DNA from: Candidatus Kaiserbacteria bacterium
GTDB lineage: Bacteria; Patescibacteriota; Minisyncoccia; Phycocordibacterales; SBAW01
Assembly (NCBI GenBank): GCA_009691465.1
Contig: SICK01000002.1
Coordinates: forward strand, 9,951-73,950
Direction of reading: 5' to 3'
DNA length: 64,000 nt
In this document: piece by piece, positions 47,082 through 58,903 of the stretch
Layout of the letters: every line of letters begins with the position of its first letter
How positions within the stretch are numbered: position 1 is the first letter of the stretch
Notes under the pieces: generated by a model
Seen by the model: only the letters and a program-made list of their open reading frames with translations
What the model was told of the DNA's origin: nothing
The model's database searches: none
Program-made: the position numbers and the translations under genes

Positions 47082-49445
47082 TTACTTTCTAATGGGGTTC
47101 ATCTCGCCCCAATTTTTACCGGCTTTGCCCTCGACCATAATGGGCACTCCGCGGAGCTTTTCTTGCGGGACCACATTCTCCATTATCTCTTGTATCTTGG
47201 GCGCGTACTCTCCTACTTTGTTTTCTTTGATTTCAAACACCAACTCGTCGTGTACCTGCAACAAGAGTATATCCGGATAGTGTTTGTCTATCTCTATCAT
47301 AGCGAGCTTGATGAGGTCAGCGGAGGTGCCTTGGAGCGGAGCATTGATAGCCATGCGCTCGGCCGAGGCACGCACGTAGGGTATCGCTGATTTGATACCG
47401 TCGAAGTACCGTCGGCGGCCAAACAGCGTCTCGGTGTAGCCTTTCTTGGCGGCTTCCCCTTTTATTTCCTCAAGATAGTCGGCCAGGCGCGGGAAGGTCG
47501 CGAGGTATTGGTTATAAAACTCCTGCGCCTCTTTGCGATTGGTGTTTAAAGATTGTTGGAGTGCGAGGACCCCCATGCCGTAGAGCAGGCCAAAGTTGAT
47601 GACCTTGGCTCGCCGGCGCATTTCGTAGGTGACGTCCGCGGCCTGCACACCGAACACTCTCGAGGCTACCTCGGTATGTACGTCGCGCCCGTTCTTAAAT
47701 ATCTCAATAAGGCTTTTATCGCCGCTTAAGACCGCCGCCAGCCGCAGTTCTATCTGGCTGTAGTCGAACGACACCAACTCCATCCCACGGCTTGCCACAA
47801 ACGCATGGCGGATGCGCCGGCCCAAGTCGGATTTGATGGGGATGTTCTGCAAATTGGGGTCGAGCGAGGCCATGCGGCCGGTGGCCGCACCTATTTGCAG
47901 GTAGCGGGTGTGCACGCGGTTGTGTTTGTCGAGTAAGGCCGGGAGCGCGTCGATGTAGGTGCCCAGCAGTTTTGAGAGCTCGCGGTAGGCCAAAATGTCT
48001 TTGATGATGGGATGCTCGCCCGCGAGTTTTTGGAGCTCCGACTCTTTGGTCGAGCGCGCTCCGCCCGCGGTTTTCTTTTTTGTCGCGAGCCCGAGCTTGT
48101 CAAAGAGTACCTCGCCCAGTTGTTTGGGCGACGATACATTAAACTCCCCACCGGCGGCTTTGTATATGCGTTTGGCTATTGCGTCGAGCTCTTTGGTGTA
48201 CTCGCGCGACAGTTCTTTAAGAAAGTCTTTATCTACTTCGATACCGCGCTGCTCCATGCGACGCAGCACCGGTGAGAGCGGCAACTCTATCTGTTCGTAT
48301 ACAAACCCCAGTTCTTTTTCTTTAATCTGTTTCTCTAAGTTCTGTAAAGCCTCATCAAACTCCTCCGACTTACCCATGCGCACAATATCGTCGAGTGCGG
48401 GTTCTGAAATAGTGCTATCGAGCACCGAGACAGCGACCTGTGCGCGGTGGAACAGCTCCGGCGCAACTGCTGCACCAAAAAGCCCGTCTCCGGCCGGTGC
48501 TGCTATATCCGACTCCATCACCCCCAATATTTTCTTTACGCGCGGCACGAGCCCTTTAAACTCAAATTCGGCCAGCATATCGAGCGCTCGCTTACTGTCG
48601 GTGCCCTCGCGCCAACTACGCGTCGGCAGTACAAATGCAACCGGCGCATCACGCCTGATGGTGGCCAAGAGCTTGCTAAACTCGGCTTCTTCTTTGCCCT
48701 TTTTTACCAACTCGACAAAACGTTTTTGTACCCCGGTCTTTTCGGCAACTTTTTCTACTCCGTCTTTTTGTATGGCCCCAAACAGGAGTTTGAGCGACGG
48801 GTAGTGCTGGAGCAGTTTGAGTGCGCTCCCCTCGCCTACTCCCATCACCCCCTTGATATTGTCCGAGGCGTCGCCTGCTATGCCCTTGAGGTCGGGTACT
48901 GCGGCGGGACCAAAACCGTAGCGCTCCACCACCTTCGTCTCGTCATACAGCAAGGTGTCGTTGAGCCCTTTGCCGAACGTAAACACCTGCACGCGCTCGC
49001 CTTCTATAAGCTGTAGCGCGTCCTTGTCGCCGGAGGCGATTATCACTTCCAGATCTTTTTTCTTTTTGACCTGCTCAACAATAGTGCCGATCACATCGTC
49101 CGCCTCAAACTCTTTGGCCGAGTACACCGATATACCAAAGGCCTCGAGCACCTCGGGCGCGCGCTTAAGCTGCTCGACAAGCGCATCGTCGGTTTTTTGT
49201 CGCGTGCCTTTGTACTCTTTGTAGACCGCATCGCGGAAGGTGTCTCCGGGCAGGTCGATGGCCGCGACGATGTAGTCGGGCCCGAGGTCGTTGATTATTT
49301 TGACCAGCATCGACAGCAGGCCATAGAGCCCGCCGGTCGGCATCCCCTTGCTCGAGCTGAACTCCGGCAAGGCATGGTACGCACGGTGGAGTATCGCGTG
49401 GGTGTCGAGTATTACGAGCCGCTTTTTAGAGGTCGTTTTAACCAT
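47082..49445 (-). CDS. polA: DNA polymerase I (3'-5' exonuclease region largely reduced)
   Basis: 5'-3' exonuclease (HRAYHA, EADD, GDASDNIKGV); polymerase motifs DYSQIELR, KVINFGLLYG, QVHDELVFE. Confidence 0.97.
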   Translation of the reverse strand: MVKTTSKKRLVILDTHAILHRAYHALPEFSSSKGMPTGGLYGLLSMLVKIINDLGPDYIVAAIDLPGDTFRDAVYKEYKGTRQKTDDALVEQLKRAPEVLEAFGISVYSAKEFEADDVIGTIVEQVKKKKDLEVIIASGDKDALQLIEGERVQVFTFGKGLNDTLLYDETKVVERYGFGPAAVPDLKGIAGDASDNIKGVMGVGEGSALKLLQHYPSLKLLFGAIQKDGVEKVAEKTGVQKRFVELVKKGKEEAEFSKLLATIRRDAPVAFVLPTRSWREGTDSKRALDMLAEFEFKGLVPRVKKILGVMESDIAAPAGDGLFGAAVAPELFHRAQVAVSVLDSTISEPALDDIVRMGKSEEFDEALQNLEKQIKEKELGFVYEQIELPLSPVLRRMEQRGIEVDKDFLKELSREYTKELDAIAKRIYKAAGGEFNVSSPKQLGEVLFDKLGLATKKKTAGGARSTKESELQKLAGEHPIIKDILAYRELSKLLGTYIDALPALLDKHNRVHTRYLQIGAATGRMASLDPNLQNIPIKSDLGRRIRHAFVASRGMELVSFDYSQIELRLAAVLSGDKSLIEIFKNGRDVHTEVASRVFGVQAADVTYEMRRRAKVINFGLLYGMGVLALQQSLNTNRKEAQEFYNQYLATFPRLADYLEEIKGEAAKKGYTETLFGRRRYFDGIKSAIPYVRASAERMAINAPLQGTSADLIKLAMIEIDKHYPDILLLQVHDELVFEIKENKVGEYAPKIQEIMENVVPQEKLRGVPIMVEGKAGKNWGEMNPIRK

Positions 49446-49497
49446 GAGGCCATTCTAACCCGACGCTTCGGTCGGGTCCCCGACCAGGGCGTCGGGG

Positions 49498-49965
49498 CTA
49501 CTTTTCCATTTGGACGTACCGCTCCCCTTCTGCGGCTCCGTCAGAGGAAAAAAGGATATTGAGATCGGGTGTAGGGAGCGCCTTGCCCAGCCGCTCGGGC
49601 CACTCTACCACCACCAACACGGACGGGTCGTTCAAAAATTGCTCGGGTTTGAGCGCTGCAAACTCCTCGGGCTTTTCCAGCCGATATGCGTCGATATGCA
49701 CGAGCCACTTAAACCGGCGCGGCACGCCGAAAGCATTGAGCCCTTCCGGCATGGCATATTTTTTCATCAGCACGTACGTGGGGCTCTGCAGTGTCTCGCG
49801 GATGCCGAACTGCCGAGCCAGTTGTTGTACAAAAGTGGTCTTGCCCGCGCCGAGCTCGCCGCGCAGCCCGAGCACCACCGCTTTGGTGTTGTTGCGGTCG
49901 AGTGCCAAGGTCGCCGTGACATTGCGGACAAACTCGGGCAATTGGGCCAGCAACACTTTTTGCAT
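49498..49965 (-). CDS. tsaE: t6A biosynthesis ATPase TsaE
   Basis: GELGAGKTT, SPTY, HIDAYRL, VVEWPE. Confidence 0.95.
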   Translation of the reverse strand: MQKVLLAQLPEFVRNVTATLALDRNNTKAVVLGLRGELGAGKTTFVQQLARQFGIRETLQSPTYVLMKKYAMPEGLNAFGVPRRFKWLVHIDAYRLEKPEEFAALKPEQFLNDPSVLVVVEWPERLGKALPTPDLNILFSSDGAAEGERYVQMEK

Positions 49966-50060
49966 ATATGCTTATATGTTCAAAACCGCGACAAATCGAA
50001 AGCAAGCTTTCGTTTGCTCGGCTCATTTGAACATGCGGTACACTATACCTTATATAGGGT

Positions 50061-51740
50061 ATGGTGACCTTTAACGACCAAGAAGAGGACAAGCGCATCG
50101 AATTTCTCCGCAAGAGAGAGGAGGAGGAACTTGCGCAGGTGCTCTCGCAAAAGTACGGCGTCGAGTACGTCGACTTAACCCTCGTTGCGGTCAACGTCGA
50201 CGCCCTGCGGCTCATATCCGAGCAGGATGCCAAAGCAACCGAGGCGGTGGCGTTCGGCCATGTGGGCAAAAAAGTGAGCGTGGCGGTACGCGCGCCCGAG
50301 CATCCCAAAGTCAAAGCCCTGGTCAACAAGCTGCAGGACGCCGGATACGAAGTGACGCTCTACATGTGTTCGCAGGAGTCGCTCAAGCGTGCCTACCAGC
50401 GTTACGCCGACCTCTCCTACGCGCAAGAAACCAAAGCGGGCGTCTTTGAGCTCTCGGGCGAGGAGCTCGAGCAGTTGTTGAGCAAGGTCACAAGCCTCGA
50501 GGACATAGGCAAACTTATACAGGAGGCAGTGGAGCTCAAGCGCGCGTACCGTATCACCCGTATTTTGGAAATCATTCTTGCCGGGGCGCTCGCCACCAAC
50601 GCATCGGACGTACACTTCGAGCCCGAAGACGCGGCGGTGCGTCTGCGCTACCGGCTCGACGGCGTACTCATCGATGTGCTGACCTTCGACCACGAAACCT
50701 ACCGGCTCGCGCTCTCGCGGCTCAAACTGCTGTCGGGACTCAAACTCAACATAGCCGGCGAGGCGCAGGATGGGCGGTTTTCCATAAAACTCAAGGGCTC
50801 CGAGATAGAGCTGCGCACTTCTATCCTCCCCGGCAATTATGCCGAAACGTTGGTCTTGCGCGTCCTCAACCCCAAATCAATAGGCGTGCCGCTCGAAGAG
50901 CTGGGCTTTGGAGAAAAGCTGCTCGCGCACTTGTATAAAGAAATCGCCAAGCCCAACGGTATGATTTTGACCACCGGCCCCACCGGCTCGGGCAAAACGA
51001 CGACGCTCTACGCGTTTTTGCGCAAGATAAACTCGCCGGAGACAAAGATAATCACCATCGAAGACCCTATCGAGTACCACCTGCAAGGCCTGGTGCAAAC
51101 ACAGGTCGACAAAAAAAATTACACCTTTGCCAACGGCCTGCGCTCGGCTCTGCGGCAGGACCCGGACATCATCATGGTCGGAGAAATCCGCGACAGCGAG
51201 GTGGCACAGACCGCTATCAACGCCGCACTTACCGGACACTTGGTCTTTTCGACACTCCACACCAACGACGCGGCGGGCTCGTTCCCCCGGCTTATTGACC
51301 TCGGCATAGACGAGAAGGTTATTTCATCCGCGGTCAACGCCGCGCTCGCCCAGCGCCTGGTGCGCAAGCTGTGCGAAAAGTGCAAGGTCGAAGGTGTCCC
51401 GACCGAAGACGAACAGAAAGTTATTGATAAATATCTCGGCACGCTGGTCGACAAGGCGCTCGCCCCGGCAGAGACCAAAAAAATATGGCGCGCCAAAGAA
51501 GGCGGTTGCGAAGCGTGTCACGGCCGCGGCTACAAAGGCCGCATGGGTATCTACGAAGCGGTGTTTATGGACACGGCCATCGAGACTATTCTGCGCAGCA
51601 AGCCGAGCGAGCGCGAGATATACACGGCGGCGCGCCCGCAAGGGATACCGAGCATGCAGGAGGACGGCATCATCAAAGTTTTGCGCGGATTGACCTCGAT
51701 GGATGAGCTCCGGCGGGTCGTCGACTTGGACACAAATTAA
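50061..51740 (+). CDS. GspE/PilB-family secretion ATPase
   Basis: ASDVHFEP, GPTGSGKTTT, TIEDPIEY, LRQDPD, STLHTND, two CxxC motifs. Confidence 0.95.
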   Translation: MVTFNDQEEDKRIEFLRKREEEELAQVLSQKYGVEYVDLTLVAVNVDALRLISEQDAKATEAVAFGHVGKKVSVAVRAPEHPKVKALVNKLQDAGYEVTLYMCSQESLKRAYQRYADLSYAQETKAGVFELSGEELEQLLSKVTSLEDIGKLIQEAVELKRAYRITRILEIILAGALATNASDVHFEPEDAAVRLRYRLDGVLIDVLTFDHETYRLALSRLKLLSGLKLNIAGEAQDGRFSIKLKGSEIELRTSILPGNYAETLVLRVLNPKSIGVPLEELGFGEKLLAHLYKEIAKPNGMILTTGPTGSGKTTTLYAFLRKINSPETKIITIEDPIEYHLQGLVQTQVDKKNYTFANGLRSALRQDPDIIMVGEIRDSEVAQTAINAALTGHLVFSTLHTNDAAGSFPRLIDLGIDEKVISSAVNAALAQRLVRKLCEKCKVEGVPTEDEQKVIDKYLGTLVDKALAPAETKKIWRAKEGGCEACHGRGYKGRMGIYEAVFMDTAIETILRSKPSEREIYTAARPQGIPSMQEDGIIKVLRGLTSMDELRRVVDLDTN

Positions 51741-51770
51741 AAAAACCGCAACGTTGCGTGCGGGTTTCTT
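51741..51770. terminator. Bidirectional intrinsic terminator
   Basis: A-tract, CCGCA...TGCGG stem, TTT; the stronger U-tract is on the minus strand. Confidence 0.65.
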
Positions 51771-51793
51771 AAGAGTAGAGTACGGAGAGGTTC

Positions 51794-51953
51794 GGAAGAG
51801 TATACCACCAAGCAATACACATCTTCGCAAGCGAAGAAGCGGAAGAAATGTCTAAGGATAGCTCTCGCGGCTAGTGAGTAAACAAAAGGCCAGAGCGTCC
51901 TCGACAAGATTCCAAGCAGGTTAATGCGGTATTGCTTGAGGGTATACTTTTCC
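51794..51953. ncRNA. Candidate 6S-like RNA (long rod with a central bubble)
   Basis: 25-bp closing stem (22/25 complementary); inner helices GGAA/TTCC, TGTC/GACA, AGGA/TCCT, GCTCT/AGAGC; no credible ORF. Confidence 0.55.
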
Positions 51954-52016
51954 CAACAAAAAACGCGCCTACGGCGCAAACTGCTACTGACTGTATCCTA
52001 GCATAGTATAAATTTA

Positions 52017-53018
52017 ATGTCAAGCCCCGACGAACCTGCAGTATTTTTGGACGCTACGCTCCGACCCGCAACCTGGGACGAGTATGTGGGGCAGGAGGTC
52101 ATCAAAAACAACCTCCATATCCTTATTGCGGCGGCCAAGGAGCGTGCCTCCCCTCCTGAACACATCCTCTTTTATGGCCCCCCGGGCCTCGGCAAGACCA
52201 CTCTGGCACACCTTATAGCCCGCGAGCTCGGGGGTACCTTGCGCAGCACCTCGGGCCCGGCTATCGAACGGGTGGGCGACCTTGCCGCCCTGCTGACCAA
52301 CATGGGCCCGGGCGACATCCTCTTTATCGACGAGATCCACCGGCTGTCCCGTAGCATCGAGGAGGTCCTCTACCCTGCGATGGAGTCGGGTGTTTTAAAT
52401 ATCATCATCGGCAAGGGCCCTAGCGCACGTACTATAGAGCTCCCTTTGCCGCCTTTTACCCTCATCGCCGCCACCACGCGCGTGGCAGACCTCTCGGCGC
52501 CGCTGCGGTCGCGTTTCTCCGGGGGCACCTTCCGGCTCGAGTTCTACAGCGAGGCTGACATCGCCCAGATAGTAAAGCGCTCGGCAAAGATATTGGGCGT
52601 CGAGGTAGACAAAGAGGGTATTACAGAAATAGCGAAGCGCAGTCGTGCAACGCCGCGCACCGCCAACTACCTGCTGAAACGCGCGCGCGACTATGCGCAG
52701 CTCAAGCGCGCCCCTCTCTCCGCAGAATTGGTTAATGAGTCGCTCGGCATGCTCGAGGTGGATGAGCTCGGCCTCACGCCGCTCGACCGCAAACTCCTTA
52801 CGGTTTTGATAGACCGATTCAACGGCGGCCCGGCTGGCGTCAACGCGCTCGCGGCAGCGCTCGCAGAAGAACCGACGACGGTAAGTGAAGTCCACGAACC
52901 GTTCCTCCTCCAACTCGGTCTCATCGAGCGTACCCAGCGCGGCCGCGTCGCAACAAAAAAAGCCTACGAACATCTTGGCAAAACTCCCCCATCAGATTTG
53001 AACGAGCGGCTTTTGTAG
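52017..53018 (+). CDS. ruvB: Holliday junction helicase RuvB
   Basis: LRP...YVGQ, GPPGLGKTT, FIDEIHRL, PFTLIAATT. Confidence 0.98.
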   Translation: MSSPDEPAVFLDATLRPATWDEYVGQEVIKNNLHILIAAAKERASPPEHILFYGPPGLGKTTLAHLIARELGGTLRSTSGPAIERVGDLAALLTNMGPGDILFIDEIHRLSRSIEEVLYPAMESGVLNIIIGKGPSARTIELPLPPFTLIAATTRVADLSAPLRSRFSGGTFRLEFYSEADIAQIVKRSAKILGVEVDKEGITEIAKRSRATPRTANYLLKRARDYAQLKRAPLSAELVNESLGMLEVDELGLTPLDRKLLTVLIDRFNGGPAGVNALAAALAEEPTTVSEVHEPFLLQLGLIERTQRGRVATKKAYEHLGKTPPSDLNERLL

Positions 53019-53032
53019 AGTAATCTCTACCC

Positions 53033-53563
53033 ATGGCAGGACACAGCAAGTGGGCAAAGCTCAAGCACGTCAAAGGCAAGACCGACGCCCAGAAGTCAAA
53101 ACTATTTTCGAAACTCGTGCGGTTTATTACGGTCGAGGTCAAAAAGGCCAAAGGTGACAAAAATGCTCCCGGGGTACGTACTGCCGTGGAGAAAGCGCGC
53201 GCGGCTAATATGCCACTGGATAATATCGAACGCGCATTAATCAAAGCGTCAGGCGAAGGAGCCGAACTCGAGACGGTAATCTACGAAGCATACGGCCCCG
53301 GTGGCTGTGCGTTGGTGATCGAAGCGTATACGGACAACCGCAACCGCACCGTGCAAGAGCTCAAACATCTCTTAAGCTTGCATGGCGGCAGCCTTGCGAA
53401 CCCGGGTGCGGCGATGTGGGCCTTCCAAAAGAACGCCGAGGGTAAGTTGGAGGCCATGTCCCCCATCGAGCTCTCCGACGAAGACGCACAAAAAATGGCC
53501 GAACTCTTCGACGCGCTCGAGGAGCACGACGACATCAACGAAATTTATACGAGCGCGGCATAA
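53033..53563 (+). CDS. YebC/PmpR family protein (short form)
   Basis: MAGHSKWA, NMPLDNIERA, YEAYGPGG, TDNRNRT, LEEHDD. Confidence 0.95.
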   Translation: MAGHSKWAKLKHVKGKTDAQKSKLFSKLVRFITVEVKKAKGDKNAPGVRTAVEKARAANMPLDNIERALIKASGEGAELETVIYEAYGPGGCALVIEAYTDNRNRTVQELKHLLSLHGGSLANPGAAMWAFQKNAEGKLEAMSPIELSDEDAQKMAELFDALEEHDDINEIYTSAA

Positions 53564-53565
53564 CT

Positions 53566-54039
53566 ATGCGTGTACTTGCTTTTGATCCCGGGTACGAGCG
53601 CTTGGGCGCCGCAGTGCTCGAGAAAGAAAACGGCAAGAAAGAAATACTTCTGCACTCCGAGTGCATCCGCACATCGGCCAAGCTCGATTTTTCTAAACGC
53701 CTCATGGAGCTGGGCGCCGCAGCTGAAGCTTTAATAAAAAAGTGGAAGCCCGATGCGGTTGCACTGGAAGAGGTTTTTTTTGAAAAGAACGCCAAGACCG
53801 CCATGCAGGTAGCCGAGGTCCGGGGTGCCTTGGCCTATATCGCCGCCTCAAAAGGCCTTGTGGTACATCACTATACGCCCGGCGAGGTCAAGATAGCCGT
53901 GACCGGCTACGGTCGCGCCAGCAAGGCTGACATATTGCTTATGGTGCCTAAATTGCTCGCCCTCCCCCCTCGGGTGAGGCTTGACGACGAGGTGGATGCT
54001 ATTGCGGTGGGGATTACCTGCCTTGCGTCGGTCCGATAA
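53566..54039 (+). CDS. ruvC: Crossover junction endodeoxyribonuclease RuvC
   Basis: FDPG, ALEEVFF, YTP.EVK.AVTGYG.A.K, DDEVDAIA. Confidence 0.97.
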   Translation: MRVLAFDPGYERLGAAVLEKENGKKEILLHSECIRTSAKLDFSKRLMELGAAAEALIKKWKPDAVALEEVFFEKNAKTAMQVAEVRGALAYIAASKGLVVHHYTPGEVKIAVTGYGRASKADILLMVPKLLALPPRVRLDDEVDAIAVGITCLASVR

Positions 54040-54099
54040 ATTGATATAACACCAGTGTTACCTGGATATTTTGTGCATTATTAAGTAGTCGACTGACGT

Positions 54100-54228
54100 A
54101 TGACCGAGGAGTTTGAGCGCGACGAGTTTTTGCTCGATGAGCCCGAAACAGAGGACGTCGACACCGACGCTCCTGAAGAGGAAGAGGAGGAAGTCGAGGA
54201 CCCCGCAGCTGAAGACGAAGAGCTATAA
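54100..54228 (+). CDS. 42-aa highly acidic peptide
   Basis: MTEEFERDEFLLDEPETEDVDTDAPEEEEEEVEDPAAEDEEL*; fills the intergenic gap and is followed directly by a terminator. Confidence 0.65.
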   Translation: MTEEFERDEFLLDEPETEDVDTDAPEEEEEEVEDPAAEDEEL

Positions 54229-54229
54229 G

Positions 54230-54258
54230 AAAAAACCCCGCTTAGTCGCGGGGTTTTT
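54230..54258. terminator. Bidirectional terminator
   Basis: AAAAAACCCCGC...GCGGGGTTTTT between convergent genes. Confidence 0.8.
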
Positions 54259-55431
54259 CTATGTAACTTTCAAAAACCGGTGCTTGCCGATACGAATCGT
54301 ATCGTTTTGGATTTCCGCATCGATGCTGTCAATTTTTTGACCGGTCGTAACCGAGGAGACCGCGCCTTGGGCGACCAGACGGCGCAGTTCGCTCGTGGAG
54401 ACATCACTTACTATGTCGCGCAACTTGCCGCTTGCAACCGTGGGCGCATCCTCCGGCGCGCCGCCTTCGCTAAACGTGTTTACCCAATCAGTTTCTGCCT
54501 TTTGTGCCACATCAACCCCGTGATACATCGTTACCAGTTCGCGCGCGAGACGCATCTTGGCCTCTTTTGGGTGGCCTTGCAGGATAGTTTTAATCTCCTG
54601 CAGGGGTACGCGCGTACAAAGCTCAAAATATGTTTTGACCTGCCCGTCACCCATGCTCATGACCTTGCCGTACATGTCCCCCGCCGGCGCAGTAAGGTTG
54701 ATGACGTTGCCCTTGCTCGAGCTCATCTTGGTCCCGTCGAGTCCGTCGATCAGCGGATTGAGTACGACGTTCTGCGGTTCCTGCCCGAAGTGCTGCTGCA
54801 TCGGCCGGCCCGCAAGCACATTAAACTTTTGGTCCGTCCCGCCGAGCTCTACATCCGCCTTTATTGCGACCGAGTCGTAGCCCTGCATTAAAGGGTAGAG
54901 CAACTCGCGCAACGAAACGCGTTTACCCGCAGACAAACGTCCCGCAATATTGTCCCGCGCGATAAAGTCTGCGACAGAAAAGAGGTCCGCATGCTCGCCG
55001 ATCTGGCGATAGTTGAGTGGTTTGAGCCACTCGCTGTTGTAGCGCATCTCGACCTGTGACATATCCAAAATTTTTCCCGCCTGATCAAAATAGGTTTTCT
55101 TATTCTTCTCAATAATTTCCTGTTCGAGCATCGGGCGCTCGGCGTCCTTGTCCGACGTGTCACCGATGACGGCGGTAAAGTCCCCTACAATCAACACCAC
55201 CTGATGCCCCAGCTCTTGGAAGTCGCGCAACTTCAAGAGCGGGATTGAGCGCCCGATATGCAGGTCCGGCGAGGTCGGGTCGATCCCCAGTTTGACGCGC
55301 AAGCGCCTGCCGGAGAACAACTTCTTGCGCAAATCATCTTTAATTATTACTTCAGAGACACCGCGAGAGAGGAGGGCGTCTACTTTACCCTCGTCGGTAA
55401 GCACTTTCGGGGTACGGCTAAAAAATCCCAT
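54259..55431 (-). CDS. tyrS: Tyrosine--tRNA ligase
   Basis: GIDPTSPDLHIG, YPLMQGYD, GGTDQKFN, KMSSS. Confidence 0.97.
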   Translation of the reverse strand: MGFFSRTPKVLTDEGKVDALLSRGVSEVIIKDDLRKKLFSGRRLRVKLGIDPTSPDLHIGRSIPLLKLRDFQELGHQVVLIVGDFTAVIGDTSDKDAERPMLEQEIIEKNKKTYFDQAGKILDMSQVEMRYNSEWLKPLNYRQIGEHADLFSVADFIARDNIAGRLSAGKRVSLRELLYPLMQGYDSVAIKADVELGGTDQKFNVLAGRPMQQHFGQEPQNVVLNPLIDGLDGTKMSSSKGNVINLTAPAGDMYGKVMSMGDGQVKTYFELCTRVPLQEIKTILQGHPKEAKMRLARELVTMYHGVDVAQKAETDWVNTFSEGGAPEDAPTVASGKLRDIVSDVSTSELRRLVAQGAVSSVTTGQKIDSIDAEIQNDTIRIGKHRFLKVT

Positions 55432-55450
55432 ACTTGATATACTACTACCC

Positions 55451-57676
<2,226 letters not shown>

Positions 57677-57683
57677 AAAATCC

Positions 57684-58781
57684 CTAACGGTTCATCGGCA
57701 TTGCTAAATACAGGAAGGAGTCGTCGCTTGCGTCTTTGATGAGCATAGCTTTACCGGGGCCGTTGGAGTGCAGGCGTACCGAGTCGCCCCCCACCGCCTG
57801 CAGGCTGTCGGCGAGGTACCGGCCGTTAAAGGACACCGCGACCGAGTCGCCTTCCACCGCCGCTTTGACTGTGGATATTTGCTCGCCGACGTCGGGGTTG
57901 CGCGACGTAAGCAACATGGCTTTTTTAGCGGGCTCTATCGCCAATGAAACCTGCGCAAATTTGTCGGCAAAAACCGAAAGTGACTTAAGTGCCGTCGCCA
58001 TATCCTCGCGCAACACCACCGCCTCGGTGGTAAATGTTTTGGGGAGTATCTGGCGGTAGTTGGGGAAGGTGCCGTCCAAAAGTCTGCTGGTGTAGTACGT
58101 GCCGTCGGTCTGGGTAGAAAGTTGGTTGTCGTTGTAATAAAACTCCACGTCGCCCCCTACCCCTTCGAGTATGCGCATAAGCTCGGCGGCGTTGCGCGCC
58201 GGCAGCAGCATCTCCGGCACCGTGCCGCCCGAGCGCAGGGGGATCTGCTTCTCCGCAAGCCGGAAGGAGTCCGTCGCCACCGCAGTGAGTTTGCCGGCGT
58301 TGCCGTACAACAAAACACTTTGGAGCTCGGGTTTTATAGCCGAGAGTGACGCACAATACGCGACCGAGTGGATGGCGCGCACAAAGTCGGCCGCCTTAAC
58401 CGTAAACGATTTTTCTGCCGACACCCGCGGCAAGACCGGGAAGTCCTCATGCGGCAGTGTTTTGATAGATGCCGAAGCGCGTTCCGTCTCAATTTTAAAA
58501 ACCTCGCCCACCAACTGCGCCGACACTGTCTTGCCGCGGGTGTTGCTCAAAAATCCGGCCAGAACCGCTGCAGGTACCGCTACCACCCCTCCGTTTACAA
58601 CTTTTGCCGGAATAACTATCTCTACCCCACACTCAAGATTTGTTGCACGGATAGTAAGGCGGCTCCCTTCAAGAGTAAGTAATACACAACTAAGCACTGG
58701 TAAATTTGCTTTACGTTCAACAAACCGGGCCGCAGTAGCCGCTGCATTTTTTAGAGTTTCGAGTTGAGTTTCAAATTTCAT
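57684..58781 (-). CDS. dnaN: DNA polymerase III beta clamp
   Basis: ATNLE, ATDSFRLA, GTFPNY, FN..YL, MPM.R; downstream of dnaA. Confidence 0.97.
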   Translation of the reverse strand: MKFETQLETLKNAAATAARFVERKANLPVLSCVLLTLEGSRLTIRATNLECGVEIVIPAKVVNGGVVAVPAAVLAGFLSNTRGKTVSAQLVGEVFKIETERASASIKTLPHEDFPVLPRVSAEKSFTVKAADFVRAIHSVAYCASLSAIKPELQSVLLYGNAGKLTAVATDSFRLAEKQIPLRSGGTVPEMLLPARNAAELMRILEGVGGDVEFYYNDNQLSTQTDGTYYTSRLLDGTFPNYRQILPKTFTTEAVVLREDMATALKSLSVFADKFAQVSLAIEPAKKAMLLTSRNPDVGEQISTVKAAVEGDSVAVSFNGRYLADSLQAVGGDSVRLHSNGPGKAMLIKDASDDSFLYLAMPMNR

Positions 58782-58903
58782 AACTACTCTTTATTAAAGA
58801 CTATTACTACTATTAGGGCTGTGGATTGTGGAAAAGTCATTTTTATTGTTGTAGGGCTTGGTGGTTTCGTTAAGGTGTTATACACACTACTGTGGACAAA
58901 AAA
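58782..58903. promoter_or_regulatory. Probable oriC unwinding region
   Basis: DnaA-box-like sites at 58820, 58827, 58878 (TTATACACA) and 58891; adjacent TAG/TAA trinucleotide run on the minus strand (about 58800-58815) resembling DnaA-trios; AT-rich. Confidence 0.8.
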
